DNA from: Octopus vulgaris | Lineage: Eukaryota | DNA: 64,000 nt | Direction of reading: 5' to 3' | Assembly (NCBI GenBank): GCA_951406725.2 | Contig: OX597825.1 | Location: 76,260,001-76,324,000 of the forward strand | Part shown: positions 51,648 through 64,000 of the stretch, in pieces | How positions within the stretch are numbered: the first letter of the stretch is position 1 | Layout: each line of letters starts with the position of its first letter | Notes under the pieces: model-generated | Seen by the model: the letters and a program-made list of their open reading frames with translations, nothing else | What the model was told of the DNA's origin: nothing | Database searches by the model: none | Program-made: the position numbers and the translations under genes

Positions 51648-53708
51648 CAACGAAGGAGTAATACCCAATGACTGGTGTAGCAGCATAATAGTCAACTGCT
51701 ACAAAGGTAAAGGTGACGCCCTAGATACAAATAATTACAGAGGTATCAAGCTGTTGGATCAGGTAATGAAGGTTACAGAGAGGGTCAAAGACCAACTAAT
51801 TAGAGAGAGAGTTAGCTTAGATGAGATGCAGTTTGGATTCGTGCCAGGGAAAAGTACCACTGATGCCATATTCCTGGTAAGACAGCTGCAGGAGAAATAT
51901 CTAGCCAAAGATAAGCCCCTGTACCTGGCTTTCGTTGACATGGAGAAAGCTTTTGACAAGGTCCCCCGACCCTTATCTGGTGGTCAATGAGGAAACTAGG
52001 GATAGATGAATGTTTAGTGAGAGCTGTGCAAGCCATGTACAGGGACGCTGCTGGTAAGGTGAGGGTTGGCTATGAGTACAGTGAAGAATTCTGGGTAGAG
52101 GTAGGGGTCCACCAAGGTTCAGCCCTCAGCACCCTCCTATTTATCGTAGTCCTCCAGGCAATAACGGAGGAATTCAAGACAGGATGCCCCTGGGAGCTCC
52201 TCTATGCTGATGACCTTGCTCTAATTGCTGAGTCACTATCAGAACTGGAGGAGAAGTTTCAGGTGTGGAAGCAAGGATTAGAATCGAAGGGCCTTAGAGT
52301 CAACCTAGCTAAAACCAAAGTCCTAATAGGTAGGAAGGTAGACAAGTCACAAACGCCTTCAGGTAGATGGCCTTGCTCGATCTGTAGGAAAGGCGTAGGT
52401 AGAAACTCTATAAGATGCACCAAGTGTAAGCTATGGACACACAAGAGGTGCAGCAACATGAAAGGAAGGCTAACTAGGAAGATAGTTTTTGTCTGTGGCA
52501 GATGCTCAGGAGCAATAAACATTGAAAATGCTCTGAGACCAACTTCTGTCACTTTCCAGGGAGAAAAACTAAAAATAGTTGATAGCTTCCGTTACCTAGG
52601 TGACCAAGTCAGTAGCGGGGGCGGGTGTGTTGAAAGTGTAACTGCTAGAGTAAGAATAGCTTGGGCAAAGTTCAGAGAGCTCTTACCTCTGCTAGGGACA
52701 AAAGGCCTCTCGCTCAGAGTAAAAGGTAGACTGTATGATGCTTGTGTACGAACAGCCATGCTACATGGCAGTGAAACATGGGCCGTGACTGCTGAGGATA
52801 TGTGTAAGCTCGCAAGAAATGAAATCAGTATGCTTCGATGGATGTGTAATGTCAGTGTTCTTACTCGACAGAGTGTAAGTACCTTGAGAGAGAAGTTGGA
52901 CCTAAGAAGCATCAGTTGAGGTGTGCAAGAGAGACGTTTGCACTGGTATGGCCATGTGGCAAGAATGGATGAAGATAGTTGTGTGAAAAAGTGCCACACC
53001 CTAGCTGTTGAGGGAATCAGTGGAAGAGGCAGACCCAGGAAAACCTGGGATGAGGTGGTGAAGCACGACCTTCGAACTTTAGGTCTCACCGAGGAAATGA
53101 CTAGAGACCGAGACCTTTGGAAGTATGCTGTGCGTCAGAAGACCCGGCAGGACAAGTGAGACCATCATCCATGGCCTCAGTCCACTTATGCATACCTTTC
53201 CTTCTTGGGACACAAAACCCTACTTGTGAAGACCTGTTGAGGCAAGTGAAAATCAAAAAAAATGAAAAAATGAAAAAATCAAAAATCAAAATTGATCAAC
53301 ATGAATGGAAATTGTCACTGTGATATCAGTGCTGGTGGCACATAAGAGAACCATCTGAACGTGGCTGTTGCCAGTGCCACCCTGACCGGCTTCCATGCCG
53401 GTGGCACGTAAAAATCACCATCCGATCGTGGCCGTTGCCAGCCTCGCCTGGCCTCCGTGCCGGTGGCACGTAAAAAGCACCATCCGAGCATGGCCGTTTG
53501 CCAGACTTGTTTGGCACCTGTGCAGGTGGCACGTAAAAAGCACCCACTACACTCCTGGAGTGGTTGGCGTTAGGAAGGGCATCCAGCCGTAGAAACATTG
53601 CCAGATCAGACTGGGCCTGGTGCAGCCTTCTGGCTTCCCAGACCCCAGTTGAACCATCCAACCCATGCCAGCATGGAAAGCGGATGCTAAATGATGATGA
53701 TGATGATG
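51648..53708 (+). mobile_element. RTE LINE, 5'-truncated
   Basis: NYRGIKLL, QFGF, DMEKAFD, GVHQGS, YADD, FRYLG, WYGHVARM, RGRPRKTW; 1-nt frameshift near 51969; TGA at 52917; (GAT)n tail. Confidence 0.95.
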
Positions 53709-53811
53709 CATATATATATATATATACATACATACATATATATATATACATACATACATTTATATATATATATATATATATACATACCTACATACATACA
53801 TACATATATAT

Positions 53812-53846
<35 letters not shown>

Positions 53847-53901
53847 CATACCTACATACATACATACATATATATATACATACATACATATATATATATA
53901 C

Positions 53902-54010
<109 letters not shown>

Positions 54011-54012
54011 TA

Positions 54013-55748
54013 TCATCATCATCATCATCATCGTTTAACGTCCGTTCTCCATGCTAGCATGGGTTGGACGGTTCGACCGGGGATCTGGGAATCCAGAAGG
54101 CTGCACCAGGCTCCAGTCTTATCTGGCAATGTTTCTACAGCTGGATGCCCTTCCTAACGCCAACCACTCCGTGAGTGTAGTGGGTGCTTTTTACGTGCCA
54201 CCTGCACAAGTGCCAGGTGAGGCTGGCAACGGCCACGGTCGGATTGGTGTATTTTACGTGCCACCGGCACGGAAGCCAGTCGAGGCGGCGCTGGCATCGG
54301 CCACGAGTCGGATAGTGCTTCTTACGTACCACCAGACCAGGGATCCTGGCTGGTTCAATTTGTTTTCGATTTCACTTGCCCCAACATGTCTTCGCAAGCA
54401 AAGGGGGTTGGCATGGGTGCCTCTCGTCGGATGAGGTTCTATGTCGATTTCGCTTGCCTCAACAGGTCTTTTTGTCCAAGGGAGGAAAGGCATGCATAAG
54501 TGGGCTGGGCTCACTTGTCCTGCCTGGTCTTCTCACGTACAGCATATTTCCAAAGGTCTCAGTCACTGGTCATTTCCTCAGTGAGGCCTAAAGTTCGAAG
54601 GTCGTGCTTTACCACCTCGTCCCAGGTTTTCCTGGGTCTACCTCTTCCACGGGTTCCCTCAACTGCTAGGGATTGACACTTTCTCACACACCTATCTTCA
54701 TCCATTCTCGCCACATGACCATACCAGCGCAATCGTCTCTCTTGCACACCTCAACTGATGCTTCTTAGGTACAACATTTCTCTCAAGGTACTAACGCTCT
54801 GTCGAGTATGTACACTGACATTACACATCCATCGGAGCATACTGGCTTCATTCCTCACGAGCTTACGCGTGTCCTCAGCAGTCACGGCCCATGTTTCACT
54901 GCCATGTAGCATGGCTGTTCGTACACATGCATCATACAGTCTGCCTTTTACTCTGAGCGAGAGGCCTTTAGTCACCAGCAGAGGTAAGAGCTCCCTAAAC
55001 TTTGCCCAGGCTATTCTTATTCTAGCAGTTACACTTTCAGCGCACCCACCCCCACTACTGACTTGGTCACCTAGATAACGGAAGCTATCAACTATTTTTC
55101 CCCCTCGAAAGTGACAGAAGTTGTTTTCTGCCGATTTTCGGAGGTCAATGCTCCCGAGCATCTGCCACAGACAAAAACTATCTTCCCAGTTAGCCTACCT
55201 TTGACAATGCTGCACCTCTTATGTGTCCATAGCTTACACTGGGTACATCTTATAGAGTTTCTACCTACACCTTTTCTACAGATCGAACAGGGCCATCTTC
55301 CTGAAGACATTTGTGGATTGTCTACCTTCCTACTTATTAGGACTTGGGTTTTAGCTAGGTTGACTCTAAGGCCCCTCGATTCTAAACCCTCCTTCCACAC
55401 CTGGAACTTCTCCTCCAGTTCTGATAGTGACTCAGCAATTAGAGCAAGGTCGTCAGCATAGAGGAGCTCCCAAGGGCAACCTGTCTTGAATTCCTCCGTA
55501 ATTGCCTGGAGGACTATGATAAATAGGAGGGGGCTGAGTACTGAACCCTGGTGGACCCCAACCTCTACTTTGAATTCTTCTGTGTACATGTTGCCAACCC
55601 TAACCTTACTTACAGCATCTCTGTACATGGCTTGCACAGCCCTCACCAGCCATTCATCTATCCCTAGTTTCCTCATTGACCACCAGATAAGGGATCGGGG
55701 GACCCTATCAAAGGCTTTCTCCATGTCAACGAAAGCCAGGTACTGGGG
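54013..55748 (-). mobile_element. RTE LINE, 5'-truncated, inverted relative to its neighbour
   Basis: Same RT motifs; frameshift near 55097; TGA at 54751-54753; (CAT)n tail. Confidence 0.95.
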
Positions 55749-55795
<47 letters not shown>

Positions 55796-56019
55796 TAACT
55801 TCTTCCCTTAGAAATAGACATCATTCTAACTGCCAGAAAGACACTCATCTCCTACGATGATTAACTTTGGTGCCAGGATACCCATAATAACTTCTAAGAT
55901 ATAACCATGGGCTCCTCCAACTCTACTCAGGTCACAAAGGTGTTTGAAGTATACCTTTTCCAACAACTTCGCATGTATTTCTCTAACTTTGAGGGCTGTT
56001 TGTATAGGGACAATGGTCA

Positions 56020-56250
56020 ATCTAAGTGGCTTAGAGTTAAATTAGCAAAAACCAAGGTCCTTAGTAAGTAGGAAAATAGATAAGTCAGAAATTCCTTCAG
56101 CGAGATGACCCTGTTTGATATGTAAGAAAGGTGTTGGTAGAAACTCCATATCGTACATCCAGTGCAAGCTTTGTGTGTGGGAAGTGCACAGGCACAATAA
56201 GCACTAAAAATGTGCTGACAACAGAGTTCCTCAACTGCATGGGGGGATCT
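56020..56250 (+). mobile_element. Old RTE RT fragment
   Basis: GLRVKLAKTKVL...CLICKKGVGRNSI homology to 52290-52520. Confidence 0.7.
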
Positions 56251-56259
56251 TACAAGATA

Positions 56260-57350
56260 TCACACCAGTTAAGTACCCTTAACTGTGCATACATTTGCCT
56301 GTTAGTTACAAGATGTAAATAAAAGCTTCCACATGTAACATCTGCTGCTTGAGTTATTATTGCTAAAATACAACATGACATGGTGGCAGTGAGCAGTAGA
56401 ATGATATGCCAGTTGCACTAAAAGGAGAAAATATTGAATGAAAGCCAGTCGCAAAGAGAAAATAACATAAACATTTTTTTTTTATCTCTTTCTGCCTCGA
56501 CAATATATAAGCAAGTCTGATTCACCTGGTGGGCTAAAAAAAAATTGTGGCATCAACTATCCCATTACCAATTTTAGATTGGTCAAATGAGAACAAATGT
56601 GAAGCATACAATGAATGGGTTGATTTTATGAACTCATATTTCATTATAAACAAAGTAGAGGAGACATTGAAACAAAATTACACTTTGCTCAGCACAGGAC
56701 CAAAGGGTCAGGAGTTAATGAACAATGCCAGTATTACAACCAAAGACAAAGAATCTTTGGCAAATTTCTTTGCAATTTTCAAGGCTCATTTGTTACAGAA
56801 ACCAAGGGTTGAAACAGCTAGAATTTTCATTGTTGCAGTAAAATGACAGCACAATTGACAAATATTTAAACATGTTAAAAACAAAAACCAAAAGGTGAGA
56901 CTTTGATATAAACAAGAATGAAAGAATACTTGAACAAATAATAAAAGGATTAAAGTGGGCTGATGAAAAATGGAAAATTAGAAACAAACCAAACCTTGCA
57001 CTAGATGTAGTTATTAAAAGCATAACGACATATGAAGATACAATAATGCACAGTACACACTACAAAGATATCAGTGAAAAGAAAACAAGTACCTGTTACG
57101 AAGTAATGACGAAAAATAATAACCAATGTGGAAGATGCAGGAAATTTCACGGAAAAAGAAAGGAAGACTGTTATGCATTTAACAGAGAATGCAGAAAATG
57201 CTACGGACTAACCATTTCCAAAAATTTTGCCATACAAAAACAATCACATACCAAAACAGTCAACACAGAACAAGAATACAAAGCCTATGCCGAACCAGAA
57301 AACAAAGCCTGTGCAGTCTTAGAAAATAAAACAGAGATAAAATTGTGAAC
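56260..57350 (+). mobile_element. Gypsy-type LTR retrotransposon 5' remnant: LTR end, PBS and gag
   Basis: aataaa...aca followed by TGGTGGCAGTG at 56381 (tRNA-Leu-like PBS); gag-like PILDW...EW...YF...LLSTGPKG; double knuckle CGRC...H...C.AFNRECRKC. Confidence 0.7.
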
Positions 57351-57424
57351 ACCACTTACAAGTCACAATATGATTCAATCCAAAAGAATTATGAAAAAGA
57401 GATAGAAAAAATTATACTCTCTTA

Positions 57425-57748
57425 CTCTTTTACTCTTTTACTTGTTTCAGTCATTTGACTGCGGCCATGCTGGAGCATCGCCTTTAATCGAGTAACTCGA
57501 CCCCAGGACTTATTCTTTTGTTTTTTTGTAAGCCCAGTACTTATTCTCTCAGTCTCTTTTGCCGATCTGCTAAGTAACGGGGGACATAAACACATCGGTT
57601 GTCAAGCAATGCTAGGGGGACAAACACAGACACACAAACACACACACACACATACACATATATACATATATACGATGGGCTTCTTTCAGTTCCGGCAACC
57701 AAATCCAATCACAAGGTTTTGGTCGGCCCAAGGCTATAGCAGAAGACA
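57425..57748 (-). mobile_element. CORE-like SINE, 5'-truncated
   Basis: Family match to 6071-6464; (ttttactc)n tail. Confidence 0.85.
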
Positions 57749-58727
57749 GATTTTGCAGATTTTAAATTAAAAGGAGTTGATGCAATCACTAAATTCTCAA
57801 AAAAGTTTGCATGATGAAAATAGCATGATTGAAACTGAGAAAATAAAAACGTCTAAAATACACAAATTGCTGTTGAACATTTTAACTATGAGTTTGAAGA
57901 TATTTTTAAGCAATGTCACAAAAGTCTCAAAGAGAGACATTAAGCAGAAACCAAAGAAATTGAGTCAGAACATGAAAAACTTCTTGAAAAGCCCCGAGAG
58001 GACTTTAAAGGGAAGGAGAGACAGGAAAGAAAAAAACTTGCTGAGAAACTTAGTGCCAAACAAAAAGAGATGAAAGAAGAAATGCAGCAGAAAATGGTAA
58101 GTTTGAAGAAGGAACTAACTGTAGAAAAAGACAAAATAGATTAAATTAGAGACAGCTTTTGCCTAAAGTGCCACACAGTGGAACTGAACCTTGAATTATG
58201 CAATTGGAAAGCAAGCTTCTTACCACCCAACCATATCTGCTTCTCTGTAAACATATGTACATATATGTATGTGTAAAACAACACACACATGTGTGTGTGT
58301 GGTGCATGCATGTATGTATGTGTGTAAAATAAAACAAATGCAAATAACAACAAAAGTCCAATGGAGTTTCACAGTTGATATTATTAGGTCGATGCTCAAA
58401 GGAAAAAAAACATTATAGAGTAAAAGCTGCAATCCTTTATTAGATTTAAGAATTTCTAAACTGTCCATCCATCCATCCGTTTCCTCAAATACTAGAAAGG
58501 TTGTGGGAGTGGAGCCTTCAAGCACCTTCTTCATAGGGTCCTATCAGAAGCAGCCATCATTAGATATTCTGGCTGGATTCCCAAGTATGACCAACTGAGA
58601 TATGGATATAATCCAGTCATCTTGATTTTGGTCTATCCCCAGATCTCATAAAGAATGGTTTGGCTTGAATTATCTGTCCCTTGATTCTTTCCTATGTCAT
58701 TCTATGTCATTCATATCCTTAGTTCCA

Positions 58728-59110
58728 GGTAAGAAGTAATGATGTTTCAGTGTGGTAAGAAGCAGCGATGTGGCAGTGTGGAAAGAATTAACAATGTGGC
58801 AGTGTGGTAAAAAGTACACATGTGGCAGTGTGGTAAGAATTAATGATGTACCAGTGTGGTAAGAAGTAATGATGCTGAGGTGTGGTAAGAAAAGTCATGT
58901 TGCAAGAAGTAATGATGTGTCAGCGTAGTAAAATTAATGATGTGGAGATGTGGTAAGAAGTAACAATGTGGCAGTGTAGTAAGAAGTACAGATGTGGTAG
59001 TGTGGTAAGGAGTAATGATGTGGCAGTGTGGTAAGAAGTAATGATGTAACAGTGTGGTAAGGAGTACAGATGTGGCACTGTCGTAGAAGTAATGATGTGG
59101 TAGTATGTTG
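58728..59110. repeat. Minisatellite, ~26-bp unit, about 14 copies
   Basis: Consensus gtgtggtaagaagtaatgatgtggca. Confidence 0.9.
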
Positions 59111-59129
59111 TAATGATTTGACAGGGTCC

Positions 59130-59370
59130 CGGAAAGATGCAACACAACAACACTCACAGAATACATATAGTGCCTAAAGGAGAATCATACGCCTTTTACC
59201 ATCAGGTGGAAATAACTGGAAACTTGTGAACATTATCACAATGGAACAAGACTATGTAAATTGTGTTTGGCAGAAAGATATATAATCCCCATGAACTCAC
59301 ATGAGTCAAGAGGCTACATGAACACCAGAACAGAAGCTGTGGTGAGTTGTCCACATTTTCAGATAATTTT
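59130..59370 (+). mobile_element. Penelope-like GIY-YIG C-terminal remnant
   Basis: LCKLCLAERYII...MNTRTEAVVSCPH. Confidence 0.55.
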
Positions 59371-59588
59371 ACTTCAAAATTGGAAAACCCAGCTATCAAG
59401 CAAAAGAAGACAACTTGCCCAGCCATAATTTTTTAAGAGGAATATTTCTTGAACTATCACCAGTGTTCTTGTGTTTAAAAAAAAATTCTTTGCCGAGAAT
59501 GGTTATCATTTAGAGAAACTGAGGAGATATCTAGTTCACACTGGATATGAAACCAATGGTATTTTTTCTAAACTATTACGTTACATAT

Positions 59589-59619
<31 letters not shown>

Positions 59620-60039
59620 CTAGCAGCTAACCCTGGTTTCATCCAGTTGGTTTGGATGATGTGGCTATAAAACCTGTTCTGTGTAAGCATTTGACTTGTT
59701 TGGACATGCTTAAATTAAAAAACAATTTTAGAATGACTTTTCTCTGTCAAAACACTAAAAATAACTGGCCAACAAAAGGATAATCCAATCAAGATTCAAC
59801 CAAATCAAAAAATAAACCCAATACTAAGCGAACAAAGATGAACCATCCCACTTCCATTGCGCGTGCACACACACACACATTCACATACCCCATCCTTTTA
59901 CATACACACACATATATTCACAGAGCTGAAACGCTGTTTGATTTAGTTTTTTAGCGTACAATTTTCATCATCCCACTACCAAGTATGACATCACCCCTTC
60001 CTTTCTCATTTGTAAACACAAGAGTATTATTATAGTAGA
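59620..60039 (-). mobile_element. Non-autonomous Helitron
   Basis: Minus-strand A|TCTACTATAATAATA 5' end and CTAG|T 3' end. Confidence 0.6.
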
Positions 60040-60889
60040 TTATCTCGATAACCATGGGAGCTATGAAAAAATACAAAGCCCAGCAACACCACCGGATCAT
60101 TTTACACATTGGTGTAATTTTTCATGCAATTCCACTCAGCTGTTTGACCATGAATACCAAGACAAGAAAGAATCACCCATGTCAAATTTATATGTATAGA
60201 TATATATAAAAATATATAAAATGATCAAGAATGGGTTCAGAAATGTGGTCTTTCAGTTCCTTTGGTATAGAAGCCCTCCACAGTTGAAGGGACATTCTGC
60301 TTTCACCCACCATCATCAGTAAATATTATTGGTAGTTTCCCTTTAGATACCTGTCTTAAACTAGGGCTCCATGTTGACATTGCTGTGAAGTTTCCAAACA
60401 TGAAATATTTTGTGGATTCAGTTTAAGATATATCAATATTTCATCTTAGAAATCAACATGAACCCATTGGGTGTCAATCCACTGAAAATTGTTGTAATCA
60501 AATATGATCTTTAATTTAATGTTGGTCATATCTTATAATATCTTATTCTCTTGTGGCCCTTTGAATTAATGTCACTGGTAATCATAGTTTCTCATTGAGC
60601 ACGCTCATGATGAATAGTCCTATACCATATTCACAATATAGAGTATTCATAGCAACAGTTTCAATGGTTGTTATACCATTGATCCTTGTGCTAATATGAT
60701 TATTAAAGTTCAGAATCAAACTCACACACAAGGTCACATCACACTTTTGTTGTGTGATGTGACTTTGCCAAAGTTGATCTTATACATGATGTGTATAAAG
60801 TTTCAGATATATACATTTTGGACTCATCATATAGATTCCCAGTATTACCTTCACAGACGCCCAGGAATCTGTGAATTCCAGACTGGCAG

Positions 60890-62098
60890 TCACTGGTTTA
60901 AGCTGTGGAAGATGCTCAGGAGCAATAAACACTGAAAATGTGCAGAGAACAACTCCTGCCACATTCCAAGGAGAAAACCTAGAAGTAGTTGATGGCTTCC
61001 ATTACCTGGGTGACCAAGTTGGTGGCGGGGGGTGGGTGCTCTGAAAGTGTGGCTGCTAGAATAAGAATAGCCTGGGCAAGGTTCGGAGAGCTCATGCCTC
61101 TGTTGGTGACAAGGTGTCTCTCGCTCGGAGTGAAGGGTAGACTGTGTGACACATGTGTGAGCAGCCATGCTGCATGTCAGTGAAACATAGGCTGTGACTG
61201 CCGAGGGCATGCGTAGGCTTGCAAGGAATGACACCAGTGTTCTCCACTGGATGTGTAATGTCAGTGTGCATACTCGACAGAGTGTGGGAGCTTTGGGAAA
61301 AGGGTTGGACCTAGGAGGTATCAGACGTGGTGTGCAAGAGAGACGACTGCACTGGTATGGTAGAGTGGTGTGAATGGATGAGGATAGCTGTGTGAAGAAG
61401 TGTCACACCCTAGTGGTTGAGGGAAACTGTGGAAGAAGTAGACCCAGGAAAATCTGGGATGGGGTGGTGAAGCAAGACCTTCGAACATTGGGCCTCACCG
61501 AGGCAATGACTGGTGACTGAGACCTTTGGAATTGTGCTGTGCTTGAGAAGACCCAACAAGCCAAGTGAGACCATAACCCATGGTCTATGCAAGTGGTGTA
61601 ACCAGCCCACTTAGGCATACCTTTCTTTCATTGGACACTAAACTCTGCTTGCGAAGACCTGTTGAGGCAAGTGAAATCGAAATCAATTCCAATGACAGCA
61701 CTGCATGACTGGCATCCATGCTAGTGGAGGACTAAGAGCACCATCCAAGCATGATCGTTGGCATGGCCGCTGACTGGCCCCCGTGCCGGTGACACATAAA
61801 AAGCACAATTCAAGTGTGATCGTTACCAGCATCGCCATACTGGCAATTGTGCCGGTGGTACATGAAAAACAACATTCGAACAAGGATGTTGCCAGTGCCA
61901 CTGGACTGGCTCCTGTGCAGGTGACATGTAAACACACCATTTGAGCTTGGCTGTTGCCTGTACTGCTTGACTGGCCCTCATGCCGGTGGCACGTAAAAGT
62001 ATCCACTACACTCTCAGAGTGGTTGGCGTTAAGAAGAGCATCCAGCTGTAGAAACTCTGCCAGATCAAGATTGGAGCCTGGTGCAGCCATCTGGTTCG
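60890..62098 (+). mobile_element. RTE LINE 3' part, decayed
   Basis: Homologous to 52490-53640. Confidence 0.88.
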
Positions 62099-62099
62099 C

Positions 62100-63385
62100 C
62101 ACACACGAATGTGCAAATTCTACTTAAAGGTGTCTGGCATGGAGAGGGAGGTGCAAGCTGCCATTTTGCACACCAAAGACCTCGCCACAAAAACATGAAA
62201 CAGGGTGGAAACCACCTGCCAAAAAGGTTGGAAACCACCTGCAAAATTGGGAGAATGGGTTTATGACTTTCTGAAGGATAGAAGTCAGGTGGTAGTAGCC
62301 AATGGGGCCACCTCCAAAAACATGCAAATAGTGAGCTGTGTTTCGCAAGGCACTGTTTGGGATCACTACTGTTCGTAATGGCCCTCTCAGACATGCCCTC
62401 AGCCACATAGAGAGCCACGATCACAAGTTATGCAGATGATACAAAAGTTTCACAAGTGATACAGAACCTTGAAGACACTATGCACCTGCAATGTGAGCAG
62501 GATGAAATATACAAATGGGCTGAAAAGAATAGCATGCAGTTTAATGCTGAAAAGTTTCAAGCTTTGTGCTATCAGCATGCAAAACTAAATGCAATACCCA
62601 TTAAATACATTGGACTTGGAGGGATTGTAATCCCAGAGGCACAGTCAATGCGAGACCTAGGTATTTACATGAGTAATGATGCATTCTTCCATGTGCATGC
62701 TGCTAAATTGACAATGACCGGATGGCTTCTTAGAACTTTTAGAACAAGAGATCAGGAAATCATGATGGTCCTCTGGAGGTCACTTGTCCTAAGTCACTTT
62801 GACTATTGCTCTCTGCTATGGTCACCAACCAGTGCCAAATTAATCTCAGAACTTGAGGCAATCCAATGAAGCTACATGAAGAGAGCCTCTATGCAGCATA
62901 TAAGCTACTGGAAAAACTCAAGAGACTCTATTCCTTAGAGCATAGGCAAGAAAGATATGCCAGCATATACATCTGGAAGATCCTAGAGGGACTTGTCCCA
63001 AAATTTGGCATTGTGAGTTACACAAATACTAGAACTGGGCACCACTGCATAGTGTGAAGGACTCCAAATTTGCCATCAAGATATAGGACAAGATATTGCA
63101 AGAGCCTGGGCTTCAGAGGACCACAGCTCTTCAAAATCCTCCTAAAGGACCTGAGAGACCTGCATGGGGTGTACGTAGGTATTTTCAAAATAAAGCTAGA
63201 CCTCTTACTGTCAAGTATCCCAGATGAGCCAACTTTGCAGCAGGAGGTGCAGATGAGGGTAGCAGCATCAAACTCCCTCATGCACCAAATGTCAATTCCT
63301 AAAAATCATTGGTGAAGTAACTATGTAGCACACCAAATGGCAGTGCCCCAGCATGGCCACTGCTCATGAGCTGAAACTAGATTAA
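62100..63385 (+). mobile_element. CR1-group LINE fragment, decayed
   Basis: YADDTK, MQFNAEKFQAL, RDLG and GFRGPQLF motifs; same 3' tail as the copy at 49355. Confidence 0.9.
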
Positions 63386-64000
63386 ATCAAATTAAATCAA
63401 ATCATATAAATATACATACACTCTAAGACCATTCAGTGATTTAAGATATATACTTGTGAATTTAAAAAATTTAACATTCATTGCTTCTTTTTAGCTTTAC
63501 AGCAGAAATGTGATCCACAGGTTTACATGCACTTACAATTCACCCCTAATACTAGCAAGATTCTCAACCCCTAATTTGAAGTGTTAATTTATTAAAAGTC
63601 ATACAAAAGATCCCTTTTATTTCTTCACTATTTTCATTGATTACACAGAAACTAACACAAAATCCCACACAAGTTCTTCATGTGGCATCATGTCATACAG
63701 ATTATTTATCAAAGGAACGAAACAGTCTATCCATGATTACCAAATGGCTCAAAATTTTAAGAAATTTGTATCAAGTAAACAAAACAGTAAACATGAATTC
63801 TATGCATCTATTTCTTTTAGTTTCATTAATTTCAATTTCAAATTTCTAAGCCTGCTTTGAATTATTACAAAATGATTTGCTCCCTTGTAATACCTGTACC
63901 CATTAGAGAGATTACATGTGGTTGATTTAGTTGTTAAATGAAATCTTACTGTTCAGGAGTTTACAAGAATATTCAGGAGAATTTGTCTTGTCTATGTTAG

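Noticed and set aside
57777-58140. K/E-rich ORFs
   Set aside because: Frameshifted low-complexity sequence, probably part of the adjacent LTR remnant
58728-59110. CRISPR-like array
   Set aside because: No unique spacers, no cas genes, eukaryotic context
60351-60382. Possible minus-strand exon (cag|...CAG|gtatct)
   Set aside because: The ATG-containing frame ends in phase 0 and the phase-1 frame has a stop, so it cannot join exon 42141

Overview
Eukaryotic, AT-rich, repeat-dominated DNA. The SINE, RTE and microsatellite repertoire points to an octopus/cephalopod genome (inference). Most of the window is transposon debris: tRNA-derived SINEs, RTE, CR1-group, Tx1/L1 and Dong/R4 LINEs, Penelope-like element (PLE) remnants, mariner and maT DNA transposons, non-autonomous Helitrons and a Gypsy gag fragment. 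Three phase-compatible minus-strand exons (42141-42073, 37294-37252, 28823-28529) splice into a single-pass membrane protein with a tyrosine-motif tail; its 5' end is unresolved. The most notable signal is a set of type I hammerhead ribozyme folds in non-coding palindromic/tandem repeats. A very young 457-nt tandem unit at 48.2-49.3 kb carries three intact hammerheads and looks like a retrozyme/PLE terminal repeat that could release a 457-nt RNA able to circularise. Nearly all short ORFs in the track are microsatellite or antisense artefacts. Element boundaries were read by eye and are approximate unless a TSD or TIR is cited.
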